A DNA stretch of 64,000 nt from Bdellovibrio sp. (lineage in GTDB: Bacteria > Bdellovibrionota > Bdellovibrionia > Bdellovibrionales > Bdellovibrionaceae). Where the stretch lies: NCBI GenBank assembly GCA_036676395.1, contig JAKFCY010000002.1:1-64000 (forward strand), written 5' to 3'. The translations under genes and the position numbers were made by a program. Of this stretch, positions 21,589-30,829 are shown in pieces. Below the pieces are notes generated by a model that saw only the letters and a list, made by a program, of their open reading frames with translations, was not told the origin of the DNA and did no database searches. How positions within the stretch are numbered: the first letter of the stretch is position 1; each line of letters starts with the position of its first letter.

Positions 21589-22914
21589 CTACTTTTTTGC
21601 CGGATTGTAGGGTTTAGGTTTAAACTTCGGACGCTGAGATTTTGCACGTGGCGGAGCCGCAGGTTTTGCAGCTTTTGCCGCAGCAGAAGCTTTTGCACCA
21701 GCTACAGTTTTTTTACGTTTAATACGCTTAGGTTTACGCAACTCTTCGGCCACGTGTAAGCGTTTGCCGGTTTTATCTTTAAAGCGAGCTTTTAAATCTT
21801 TTGCTGATGCGCCTTTACCTTCAAGCTTAGCTATCAAGGCCAGATCACGTTCAGTCACTAAGTTTACAACTAAGCCCTGTCTGCCGGCACGAGCCGTACG
21901 ACCTACGCGGTGAAGGTAATTAGTTAACTCTTCGGGTAAGTGATAATTAATAACGCGGCCTACGTAATCTAAATCTAAACCACGCGCAGCTAAATCAGTA
22001 CAAACTAGAAGACTTACTTTGCCATCGCGAAAAGATTTAAGATTTTGGCGACGTTCGCTTTTATCCATCTCACCACGGTAAGAAAGACATTCGTAACCAT
22101 GTTGAGTTAACTCATTCGTGATTTTATCAACTTGATCGCGAGTGTTGGCGAAAATAATTGTTCCACCTGCAGGTTTTTGCTTAATTAATTTTTCAAAAAT
22201 CGGCCAACGAACACCATCGATCACAGTTTCGTTTTTAGTAGTTAAAGTTTTTACGACTTTACCAGCGCCGCTTGATTTGATCACTTCAGCTTTAGCAAAG
22301 ATTGTATTAATTAAATCTTGAACGGTATGTGAAACCGTCGCCGAAAATAAAGCCAATGATGTATCAGAGCCACAAGAATTTACGATCATTTGTGATTCAG
22401 TTAAAAAACCGTCATCTAACATTTGATCGGCTTCATCAAACACGATCATACGAACATCAGAAAAATTGATTAAACGTTTTTCTACCAACTGAGCTAAACG
22501 ACCAGGTGTAGCTAATAAAATTTCAAACGGAGCCGCAATGCTGCGACGACTTTGTTCGAAAGTGGTTCCGCCTAATACCGGACGAACACGTAAACGAGTA
22601 TCATGGGTGTAGTTTTTAAAAACTTTTGAAACTTGTTCACCTAAATCACGCGAAGGCACTAAAACGATCGCGCGCGGTGATGCAGGTTCAGTAACAGGGT
22701 TACCGTCATTTTCTAAAGTCTTAGCCATATGCATGATGGGTAAAGCGTAAGTTAAAGTTTTACCGCTTCCTGTTTCAGAAACGCCAACAACTGATTGGCC
22801 TGACATCAACATCGGGATCGCATACTTTTGGATCTCGGTCGGAGTATAAATTTTATTTGCTTTTAATGTTTTCGTTAACGATGGCAATAAGCCAAATTCT
22901 GGAAATGTATTCAT
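21589..22914 (-). CDS. DEAD-box RNA helicase with basic C-terminal tail
   Basis: PTEIQ, TGSGKT, TPGRL, DEAD, SAT, ARGLD, HRVGRTAR; ATG 22914. Confidence 0.93.
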   Translation of the reverse strand: MNTFPEFGLLPSLTKTLKANKIYTPTEIQKYAIPMLMSGQSVVGVSETGSGKTLTYALPIMHMAKTLENDGNPVTEPASPRAIVLVPSRDLGEQVSKVFKNYTHDTRLRVRPVLGGTTFEQSRRSIAAPFEILLATPGRLAQLVEKRLINFSDVRMIVFDEADQMLDDGFLTESQMIVNSCGSDTSLALFSATVSHTVQDLINTIFAKAEVIKSSGAGKVVKTLTTKNETVIDGVRWPIFEKLIKQKPAGGTIIFANTRDQVDKITNELTQHGYECLSYRGEMDKSERRQNLKSFRDGKVSLLVCTDLAARGLDLDYVGRVINYHLPEELTNYLHRVGRTARAGRQGLVVNLVTERDLALIAKLEGKGASAKDLKARFKDKTGKRLHVAEELRKPKRIKRKKTVAGAKASAAAKAAKPAAPPRAKSQRPKFKPKPYNPAKK

Positions 22915-23041
22915 AGAGGCGGAGTGTATACGCGTAGCCCTCAATTTACCAAGCAAATAAGAGCTAACCTGTTAAAATTACCCGTAAATTTCATTAAGTT
23001 GAGGGTTGTGAAAGCTCCATTTTGGCTCTACCATTTTAAGT

Positions 23042-23785
23042 ATGGATAAATCATATTACCACGCGCATGAATCGGCTTATCAGCAAATAAAATCAAACGG
23101 TTACGTCGGTTGGGGCAATGCCAAGACGCTGAATGATTTAGGTGACGACGTCACTAAACAGTACCTGCACGACACGGTTTTAAAGCACTTTCCGCAAACC
23201 GCGGGTAAAAAAGCTCTGGATATCGGCTGTGGCACAGGTACGACGGCATTTATGTTATCGCGTATGGGAATGGATGTAACGGGAATCGATATTTCTGAAA
23301 CAGCCATCGCTATGGGCGAAGAACTTTCGCGCACGCAAGGTTTAAATATTAAATTTGTTGTCGGCGATGTGCTGCATTTAGAAAAGCTAAACCAGAAATT
23401 TGATTTAATTTATGATAGTCACTGCCTTCACTGCATCGTTTTTGATGAAGATCGCCAAAATGTTTTAACTGGGGCGAAGAAATCTTTGGTTGATGGCGGC
23501 ATTTTTGTTTTAGACACGATGGTTATGCCTGAAGTTCCGCATGATCCAGCCTCGGCTTATGGCACTTTACGTTTTGATGAAGATTATATTCTTTGGCATA
23601 AAACGAAATCTACAAACATGAAGGGCGTAGTCGAAATCGACGGGCAGGCATGGTGTGCTCAACGCAGAATTTATCCAGCTCATGTGGTTATGGCAGAAGT
23701 TGCGAAAGCTGGTTTTGTTACCGTGTCGCATAGATTAGATGTGCAAGAGAACGAACCTTCGATGCTTCGTTTAATTTTGAGGTAA
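23042..23785 (+). CDS. Class I SAM-dependent methyltransferase
   Basis: ALDIGCGTG, GIDISETAI, FDLIYDSHCLH. Confidence 0.88.
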   Translation: MDKSYYHAHESAYQQIKSNGYVGWGNAKTLNDLGDDVTKQYLHDTVLKHFPQTAGKKALDIGCGTGTTAFMLSRMGMDVTGIDISETAIAMGEELSRTQGLNIKFVVGDVLHLEKLNQKFDLIYDSHCLHCIVFDEDRQNVLTGAKKSLVDGGIFVLDTMVMPEVPHDPASAYGTLRFDEDYILWHKTKSTNMKGVVEIDGQAWCAQRRIYPAHVVMAEVAKAGFVTVSHRLDVQENEPSMLRLILR

Positions 23786-23840
23786 TTTGCCCTAGCGCGG
23801 GGTTTGCACAATCATCTTTTTCTAACTAAGGGAGAGATGT

Positions 23841-23966
23841 ATGCAATTACAAAAATTTATCGATAATGTTAATGGTCGCGTGGCAGTACCAATTATTATG
23901 TGGATGCTGGGTGCGCCGTTGGGGCTTGTGGTTTTACTTTGGTTTTTCTTCTTTCGTGGAAGATAA
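23841..23966 (+). CDS. Small membrane protein, 41 aa (absent from ORF track)
   Basis: MQLQKFIDNVNGRVAVPIIMWMLGAPLGLVVLLWFFFFRGR*; GGGAG SD upstream, hairpin downstream. Confidence 0.75.
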   Translation: MQLQKFIDNVNGRVAVPIIMWMLGAPLGLVVLLWFFFFRGR

Positions 23967-23976
23967 GCTTAGTACA

Positions 23977-24006
23977 TAGCTCACTACTTATTACAGTAGT
24001 GAGCTA
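23977..24006. terminator. Hairpin/terminator between convergent genes
   Basis: TAGCTCACTACT / AGTAGTGAGCTA 12-bp perfect stem. Confidence 0.7.
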
Positions 24007-24016
24007 GATTTAACTT

Positions 24017-24886
24017 TTAATGTCTCATCTCTAATTCAGAATGCATCACTTTAGCTTCACCTAAGAATTTCACTAAAGCGTTGTTCACTTCATCTGCATG
24101 ACTTGCCAATAATCCGTGTGGACCACCGTCGATTTCAACATACTGACAATTCGGCAACATTTCGCGAAGACGTCGTCCTGTCACATCGATCGGTGTGATT
24201 TTATCGCCGTTACCGTGAATGACTAAACTTGGGATTTTAATTTTTGCTAGATCACTTCTGAAATCTTCTAACCAGGCATCAATACAGTTTACCGTGGCAA
24301 TCGCTGAAGCTTCCATAGCTAAATTCCAACTAAATTGAATTACGTCGTCGCTGACATCTTTTGTGCCTAGAACACCGTGGCTGTAGAAATCTTTTAAAAA
24401 ATCTTTAATAAATGTTGGGCGATCGGCGATACATTTTCTAATCATGTCGTCGAAAACTTTTTTATCAACACCTGCCTGATTGCCTTCGGTTTTTAATAGT
24501 GCTGGCAAAATTCCTGAAATGAAAACGGCTTTTTCGATGCGTTCATCGCCATACATTGAAATGTATCTGGCGATTTCGCCGGTGCCCATAGAGAAGCCCA
24601 CTAAAGTAATTTCTGATAAATTTAATTTCGCGATGATTTGATGTAAGTCATCAGCGAATGTGTCGTAGTTGTATCCCGTTGCGGGTTTACTTGATTCACC
24701 GAAACCGCGTCTTGCGTAGCTGATTACACGAAAGCCTTTTGCTAACAGTACGGCTTCTTGGTTTTCCCATGAGCGTTCGTTCAGTGGCCAACCGTGAAGC
24801 AAGACTACTGGCTTACCTGTGCCGTGATCTTGGTAATGTAGATCGATGGTTGCTGAATTTTCTTTGCCGACTTCAATGTAATGCAT
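24017..24886 (-). CDS. Alpha/beta hydrolase, non-heme haloperoxidase/arylesterase type
   Basis: HGWPL, RRGFGES, GFSMGTGE, HGNGD, GGPHG. Confidence 0.92.
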   Translation of the reverse strand: MHYIEVGKENSATIDLHYQDHGTGKPVVLLHGWPLNERSWENQEAVLLAKGFRVISYARRGFGESSKPATGYNYDTFADDLHQIIAKLNLSEITLVGFSMGTGEIARYISMYGDERIEKAVFISGILPALLKTEGNQAGVDKKVFDDMIRKCIADRPTFIKDFLKDFYSHGVLGTKDVSDDVIQFSWNLAMEASAIATVNCIDAWLEDFRSDLAKIKIPSLVIHGNGDKITPIDVTGRRLREMLPNCQYVEIDGGPHGLLASHADEVNNALVKFLGEAKVMHSELEMRH

Positions 24887-24888
24887 AA

Positions 24889-24921
24889 AGCTCTCCTAAG
24901 TTTAAAAACTTTAGGAGAGCT
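24889..24921 (-). promoter_or_regulatory. Hairpin enclosing the SD of the hydrolase gene
   Basis: AGCTCTCCTAA / TTAGGAGAGCT 11-bp perfect stem ending 2 nt before the ATG. Confidence 0.6.
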
Positions 24922-24964
24922 GCAAAAAGTATTCTTACATAATCGGGGAGTGTTGCCCCAGAAA

Positions 24965-25918
24965 TTATTGTTTTAAGTAGTCTTCTAACTTATCAAACGA
25001 TCCAGTCCAACCTTGAGTCATGCCGCCTCTTTCTTTAAGAAATGCTGCAAGTTCTTCAGCAGAACATTTGCCGACAACTTCCCATTCGACAGTCACGCGA
25101 GTTTGATTCGGGCCTTCTTCGTGAAAAGTTACAGTAGATTGCATAGTCTCTGGCCAAGTAGGTGCACCTGGGTGACGAGAAACATTTTCTTTTTCGTCGG
25201 CGAACTGCTGCGTGTACACAAGACGATTTGGGCTTGTGATTTCTTTGTACGCAAGGGTACCGTACATGGTGAAACCTTGGTCGTTCGACATTTTGTAGAA
25301 AGACTTTCCGCCTTCTTTGATTTCAGCGCGGATAAATTCCATGTTAAATCCAGTAGGTGCTAACCATTTTGAAAAATGATTTGGGTCGGTCCACATTTTA
25401 AACATGGTGTTCATATCAGTTTCAAAAGATCTGTTGATCACGAACACGTCTTTATTTTTTGTCTGTTTATCTAAGTATTCGCCTAAGCGATCCCAAGTTC
25501 CGTTTCCGCCGGCCGCCTTGATGAATTTTTTAGTTTCTCGTGCAACTTCTTCAGTTGCCAGCGCCATAGTGAAGTCTAATTTGGTTTTACCGCCTTTTTC
25601 CTCGATGAAATCCACAGTCACGCGAAATAAGGGCGGGCGATCATCGTTGCCGCCGTGATCGTAAACTAAACGAGAATATTTTTCGATCACGTGATAGATC
25701 GTTTTATTTTCCCAGTTTTTGCCGTCAGGTCCGTGCATGGTGTAGGCCCAGTGACCGCCGGGTTTAAAATCTTTTGAATGTGTCGTTAACCTAAATCCGC
25801 GGGGGCCCCACCACTGGGCTACTTGGTTGGGGTCGTTAAAGACTTCCCATACAGTTTTTACTGGCGCATCGTAGACGCGGGTTAAATAGATTTCATTGGG
25901 TTTATTTTTTGCGGCCAT
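24965..25918 (-). CDS. Tandem SRPBCC/AHSA1 double-domain protein
   Basis: Two repeats: TRVYDAPVKTVW..WWGP and NRSFET..WTDP..GWTGSFDKL. Confidence 0.9.
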   Translation of the reverse strand: MAAKNKPNEIYLTRVYDAPVKTVWEVFNDPNQVAQWWGPRGFRLTTHSKDFKPGGHWAYTMHGPDGKNWENKTIYHVIEKYSRLVYDHGGNDDRPPLFRVTVDFIEEKGGKTKLDFTMALATEEVARETKKFIKAAGGNGTWDRLGEYLDKQTKNKDVFVINRSFETDMNTMFKMWTDPNHFSKWLAPTGFNMEFIRAEIKEGGKSFYKMSNDQGFTMYGTLAYKEITSPNRLVYTQQFADEKENVSRHPGAPTWPETMQSTVTFHEEGPNQTRVTVEWEVVGKCSAEELAAFLKERGGMTQGWTGSFDKLEDYLKQ

Positions 25919-26291
25919 GGTTTTTTCCCTTCGCGGTTTTTTTCTTTTTTGTGGTTTCTTTTTCTTTTGCGGTCACTGTTTTTAAATATTCACCTAAACG
26001 ATCTAAACTTGCTTCCCAGAATATGCGGTAGTGCTCCATCCAGTCGGTCGCATCTTTTAAGGGTGCGCCATTTAATTTGCAGGGGCGGTACTGGGCATCT
26101 CGGCTTTTTGTAACTAGCCCCGCATTTTCTAAAACTTTTAAATGCTTGGTAATAGCGGGTAGGCTCATCTCTTTTAGAAAAGGCTTTGCTAAGTCAGACA
26201 CATTAGCTTCACCTAGCGAAAGCTTTGCCAACATCGCTCGGCGAGTTGGATCGGCTAGGGCTTGAAATGTTTGCGATAATTGATCGTGCAT
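25902..26291 (-). CDS. ArsR/SmtB family transcriptional regulator
   Basis: FQALADPTRRAML..SLPAITKHLKVLENAGLV..DAQYRPC. Confidence 0.93.
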   Translation of the reverse strand: MHDQLSQTFQALADPTRRAMLAKLSLGEANVSDLAKPFLKEMSLPAITKHLKVLENAGLVTKSRDAQYRPCKLNGAPLKDATDWMEHYRIFWEASLDRLGEYLKTVTAKEKETTKKKKTAKGKNHGRKK

Positions 26292-26297
26292 CTTATT

Positions 26298-26331
26298 ATA
26301 CCTTTTGGTTAATTAACCATTTAGTTAAATA
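26298..26331. promoter_or_regulatory. Probable ArsR autoregulatory operator
   Basis: GGTTAATTAACC palindrome plus TTAACCATTTAGTTAA immediately upstream of the ArsR start. Confidence 0.55.
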
Positions 26332-26428
26332 TCGGTCGTTTTTCTGCTAAAGTCAATAGCAGTTTTTATTTAAGCTGTAAGTGATTGAAATGATTGAATA
26401 GTTTTAGATGGCGAGTAAGATGGCTGTT

Positions 26429-27319
26429 ATGAAAACTAACGACTTAATCCGACTTTTAAGCCTGGCTGCGATCTGGAGTGGATCATTTATTTTTATCAAA
26501 GTTTTAGCGCCTGTGCTTGGACCAGTGATGACCGCTTGCTTGCGCGTTTTAATTGCGGGAGCAGTTTTAAGTTTATATTTTTATTCTATTAAATTCGATG
26601 TCGAGTGGCGCAAATACTGGAAACATTATTTTATTATCGGCATCGTGAATTCATCGATTCCATTTTTATTGTATGCAATTGCCGCATTACATATTCCGGC
26701 ATCACTTTCGGTGATCTTAAATTCAAGCACGCCGTTATTTTCTGCGATCTTTGCGGCCCTTTGGTTAAATGATAAATTAACACCGCGAAAAATCGCTGGA
26801 TTGTTTTTAGGGATGACCGGTGTTGCATTTGTGGCCGTAAAAGAAGCGATCACGATCAGTGATTTTGGAATACTTGCAGCGCTGGCGTGTTTAGGAGCTG
26901 CGATTTGTTACGGTTTAGCAGGAATCTTCATTAAAAAATACACGCCATTTTTAAAACCACTAGCTATTGCCGGAGCTTCGCAGTTAGCTGCAGGGCTTGC
27001 GTTGGTTCCATTTATTTTTATCAGTCCAATTACCGGTGAAGTGAATTTATCGGTGATTTTAAATATGTTAGCTCTGGCACTTTTATGCAGTGGTGTCGCG
27101 TATATCTTATATTTTCGTTTAATTGCTGATGTAGGCCCGGTAAAAGCTGCGACGGTGCCAATGATTATGCCGGCGTTTGGATTAGTGTGGGGCGTAATTT
27201 TTTTAAAAGAGATTATCACTGTGCAGATGTTAGCTGGTTGCTTGTTGATTGTCGGCGGATTGATTTTAGTTCTGTTTAAAAAGAATAGCGAAAACCTAAA
27301 GCCAAGCCATCGCCCGTAG
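26429..27319 (+). CDS. DMT/EamA family transporter
   Basis: LAAIWSGSFIF, about 10 TM, two EamA repeats. Confidence 0.9.
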   Translation: MKTNDLIRLLSLAAIWSGSFIFIKVLAPVLGPVMTACLRVLIAGAVLSLYFYSIKFDVEWRKYWKHYFIIGIVNSSIPFLLYAIAALHIPASLSVILNSSTPLFSAIFAALWLNDKLTPRKIAGLFLGMTGVAFVAVKEAITISDFGILAALACLGAAICYGLAGIFIKKYTPFLKPLAIAGASQLAAGLALVPFIFISPITGEVNLSVILNMLALALLCSGVAYILYFRLIADVGPVKAATVPMIMPAFGLVWGVIFLKEIITVQMLAGCLLIVGGLILVLFKKNSENLKPSHRP

Positions 27320-28031
27320 GTAACGCCGTAAATTCAGAATTGGATTGTTGGTTTTCTTTTTTGTTCTTATATCTTTGCGCCATACTAAACCCGTAACTTG
27401 CACCGATCGCAGCCCCGGCTAAGACATCATGAACATAATGACGATTATCATTCATGCGACTGTAGGCTACACCTGTGGCCATAATGTAAGCGGGGATTCC
27501 CCACCCTGAATCGTGCAGTTCATTTACGGTTGCAGCAAAAGCAAACGCGCGTGTGGCGTGCGCCGATGGAAAAGATTCTTTATCGCTGGGATCACCCGGT
27601 CGTGGTTCTTGCACCGAGTTTTTTAACACATCAGTTACAATACTTGAATAGAGAGTGGCTTTTAACATCACCTTGGCAAATTCATGGGCTTCGGGATCGT
27701 CTGCAAAAAAAGCATAGGCTTCCATGCCGGCCATATATAAAATGCTTGGATACATTTGTCCGGCCGTATCGCCGTATTTACAATAAGAACCCATGGGCCT
27801 ATTTTTAACCGTTTCTTCTTGCAGCGGATAACTTGTCACATCGCGGGTAGCTACAAGGCCTGCCGAAAGCCCAAGGCCGCCGATAAGAATTTTTCTGCCT
27901 GTTAGATTAGTCCACGGTGCGATGAAATCATTTTTGACGTTGGCCCAGAAATTTTCTTCTTCGATTTGCGCAAAACTGTTCTGGCAAATAAAAAGCACAA
28001 CTAAAATAATAGCGAAAATATTCTTGCGCAT
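27276..28031 (-). CDS. PAP2 family phosphatase with signal peptide
   Basis: LKNSVQEPRP, SFPSAH, SRMNDNRHYVHD. Confidence 0.88.
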   Translation of the reverse strand: MRKNIFAIILVVLFICQNSFAQIEEENFWANVKNDFIAPWTNLTGRKILIGGLGLSAGLVATRDVTSYPLQEETVKNRPMGSYCKYGDTAGQMYPSILYMAGMEAYAFFADDPEAHEFAKVMLKATLYSSIVTDVLKNSVQEPRPGDPSDKESFPSAHATRAFAFAATVNELHDSGWGIPAYIMATGVAYSRMNDNRHYVHDVLAGAAIGASYGFSMAQRYKNKKENQQSNSEFTALPTGDGLALGFRYSF

Positions 28032-28111
28032 GAAAAATTAGTTTAACAAAGATGTTTTGAATTTTGGAATAAAAATGAAACAGGTCTGTGAAGTAAAGTT
28101 TATTTTCTAAA

Positions 28112-29419
28112 TTAAAAATGATGTTGAAAAAAAAGAGCTAAACCATCATTGGTTGGAATCGGCATCCATTTTATTTCTGCCTGCGGGTTAATGTGCGTCA
28201 GATAACTTGCGCGCGCCCAGAACACGCCGAGCGTAATACCTGAAGTAATATCACTGATCCAGTGCGCACTTTCTTTGATGCGTGAAATCGAAATGCCGGT
28301 GGCCACAATATATGCGGGAAGCCCGGCTTGCCAGCCGTAAGCGTAAGCCAGCGATCCCGCAGTAGCAAAGGCTGACGAGGCATGGCCTGACGGGTACGAA
28401 GAGGGAAAAGGTAAATAATCACCGCGGCCATCAGGGCGTTCGCGTTGAAAAATATAAGCAAGGCTTACATGACTTAAAGTCGTGAGCGCTAAGGCTCGGG
28501 CATGCATTAAGCCGTTGGGTTGATCCCAAATAATTTGTGCCACTGCGATGCCAACACCGAAAACACCATTGCCAATTCTTGCAAAATCACTGGCCGTATT
28601 TGCATCTATTAAAAGTTCATGACCATTTTGATTGTGCTCAACCACTTTGCCATCGTATTGATGTGCAGCAATGGTGGTTAGCCCGCCAATGCCTAAAATT
28701 AGAATTCCACTTTGATCAAAACTATTTTGGATGGTGGGTTTAAATTGGTCTTCCCATAACCACGGAAAAAATGGCTTTCCTTGCGTCGGATCTTCATAGC
28801 TGAATCCAGATCGCGAAAAAATAATTAAGCCTATAAAAATAAAACGACTTAAATAAACCGTTTTACCTGCGCGAATTTTATTTATTAGAAAAAAAGCAAG
28901 CCAGGCTAAAATGATTCCTAAAATGGCTCCGACTATAACATCACTCGGGTAATGTACGCCGCAATAGACACGCGAATACGCTGTAAGGGTTGCGAGGATA
29001 AAAAATAACCAGCGTAATTTTGGAAAATAAAAACTTAAAAACGTGGCGATAAAAAATCCATCGACCGCATGTCCTGAAGGAAACGATAACCCACCTTGCG
29101 GGTCACCGCGAAAAATCACATCAAAAGGTAAGTTTTCAGTGATAAATGGCCGTGGCCGGCCAAACACAGGTTTTATGATTCGAACAAATTGATCAAGAAC
29201 GGCCGTCATAATAACGGCACTGATGACAAGTGCTAAACCTTTACCGCGCGCTTTCCAATAGGTGTACATTAATAAAATCGGAGCTACGAGATACAAAAAA
29301 ACCTGCAGTTTATGAAAGTTTGTCCAGATCGGAAAAAAAACATCAAACCAAGAATTCGCTAAGGTTGTATTGATCAGATAAAATATTGAGTGGTCTAACT
29401 CAAGTAATGTTTCAGTCAT
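28112..29419 (-). CDS. Tandem PAP2-PAP2 fusion phosphatase
   Basis: Two sets of PAP2 motifs: KPVFGRPRP/SFPSGH/SRVYCGVHYPSD and RERP/SYPSGH/SRIKESAHWISD. Confidence 0.88.
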   Translation of the reverse strand: MTETLLELDHSIFYLINTTLANSWFDVFFPIWTNFHKLQVFLYLVAPILLMYTYWKARGKGLALVISAVIMTAVLDQFVRIIKPVFGRPRPFITENLPFDVIFRGDPQGGLSFPSGHAVDGFFIATFLSFYFPKLRWLFFILATLTAYSRVYCGVHYPSDVIVGAILGIILAWLAFFLINKIRAGKTVYLSRFIFIGLIIFSRSGFSYEDPTQGKPFFPWLWEDQFKPTIQNSFDQSGILILGIGGLTTIAAHQYDGKVVEHNQNGHELLIDANTASDFARIGNGVFGVGIAVAQIIWDQPNGLMHARALALTTLSHVSLAYIFQRERPDGRGDYLPFPSSYPSGHASSAFATAGSLAYAYGWQAGLPAYIVATGISISRIKESAHWISDITSGITLGVFWARASYLTHINPQAEIKWMPIPTNDGLALFFQHHF

Positions 29420-30057
29420 TAAAAAAGAAGTACTCCTATGGTAAATTGTAGGCTGTAGATCGTAGAATTATCATTCACTGCTTGGCTAGAAATCGCAATA
29501 GGATACTGGCCATCGATGGCGACGTCATCACGGTGTTTGATTTGCTGGGCGGTGCCGTTAAGTTCGATAAACCAAATTTTTTCGTTTTTAGTTTTTTTGG
29601 TCTTGCCAAATCCTAAACCCAGGGCAGGGCCATCCATATGCAGCCTGCGTGTATTTTTGTCGACCACAGGTTGGTCTTCGCCTAGCACGATAACTAAAAC
29701 CCCAGCCCCCGCAAAGGCGCGAAAATAATAATCTTCGATGCGGTAGCGTAGCCCCAGAGTTAATAAAGTATCCCAGATTAAATCGCCATTAAGACGATTA
29801 AATTTTACACTGGCGCTGGATTCAAGGGCCCAGTCATGATGAAAGAACCAACCCACATCAGTTTTAAAATTACTGCCTAAGCCTAAATAATTTCTGCGGG
29901 TGTTAGAATGATAATTTGATGAATTTATTCCGGCTCCGATAAAAATATGCAAACCTTCGCTCCAATCATCAGTTAAAAATTCTTCTTCTGTATCAAAAAG
30001 CTGAGCACTAGCGATCAGTGGCAGCATAAAAATAAAAAGAAAAATTAATCTTTTCAT
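29419..30057 (-). CDS. Putative small outer-membrane beta-barrel protein
   Basis: Signal peptide MKRLIFLF..ASA, alternating beta-strand pattern, terminal F; overlaps both neighbours. Confidence 0.6.
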   Translation of the reverse strand: MKRLIFLFIFMLPLIASAQLFDTEEEFLTDDWSEGLHIFIGAGINSSNYHSNTRRNYLGLGSNFKTDVGWFFHHDWALESSASVKFNRLNGDLIWDTLLTLGLRYRIEDYYFRAFAGAGVLVIVLGEDQPVVDKNTRRLHMDGPALGLGFGKTKKTKNEKIWFIELNGTAQQIKHRDDVAIDGQYPIAISSQAVNDNSTIYSLQFTIGVLLF

Positions 30058-30674
30058 TCGAATTCCCACTGCAACATAAGACTTATTTTATTTTGCCCGG
30101 GTAACACATAACCAAAAATCGTATTGGTCGCAGGCAGCAGCGGAAACGGATTTAAAATATAACCAGCAAGATCGCCAAGCCAAGTGTCAGTGTCATGCAG
30201 GTAGATTGATAATTTTTCAACACCGACACCTAAGGCGGTTCCAAATACCGGCGTTTGATACAGATCTTGATAACTGGGTCTTTCGGTAACAGTTTCAATC
30301 GTGAATTCAAAAGCAAATGATGAAAGCACTGACCAAAGAAAGGCATTTTGCCGGGTGTAATTTCTAGAGCGATAGAAAAGATAATAGTACTGACCCGCAA
30401 TTGAATGGCGAATTAAATTGTATTCAAAGCTATCGCGATCGTAATGCGGATTAATCGAATTTTTGTGCCAGTTTTTAAACGAGCCGTATTTTTCGATCTC
30501 GTCGTCATGGGCTATTAAATAATATGTCCACTGCGCAGCATACACGACAGCAAAGTTAACTGCTTTTTCTTTGGAATGAATTCTGGCAGTACCCGATACC
30601 GCAGAGTCATTCTGGGCGCAGGTTAGGGCAGAATAGCAGGTCATTAGAATGAAAAGACACACGGCTTTTATCAT
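30054..30674 (-). CDS. DUF3943 domain protein
   Basis: DRDSFEYNLIRHSIAGQYYY..R..S..FEFTIE..ERPSYQDL..TPVFGTALG. Confidence 0.8.
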   Translation of the reverse strand: MIKAVCLFILMTCYSALTCAQNDSAVSGTARIHSKEKAVNFAVVYAAQWTYYLIAHDDEIEKYGSFKNWHKNSINPHYDRDSFEYNLIRHSIAGQYYYLFYRSRNYTRQNAFLWSVLSSFAFEFTIETVTERPSYQDLYQTPVFGTALGVGVEKLSIYLHDTDTWLGDLAGYILNPFPLLPATNTIFGYVLPGQNKISLMLQWEFE

Positions 30675-30829
30675 ATAAATTTTCGGTAAAGTTTTGGTAA
30701 AAGTGCAAAACAAGGTCCAACGTCAATTATTTTGACACCTAAAATAGGCCTAAACGCCTCATAATAGCCTGATCAGCTTGGTCTGCGTTTCGCTATACAA
30801 AAATCAATAGAATAACAAAGGTTGGATGT

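Noticed and set aside
26378..26400. TGATTGAA short direct repeat, possible att or mobile-element scar
   Set aside because: Too short in AT-rich DNA; no integrase, tRNA or second copy seen
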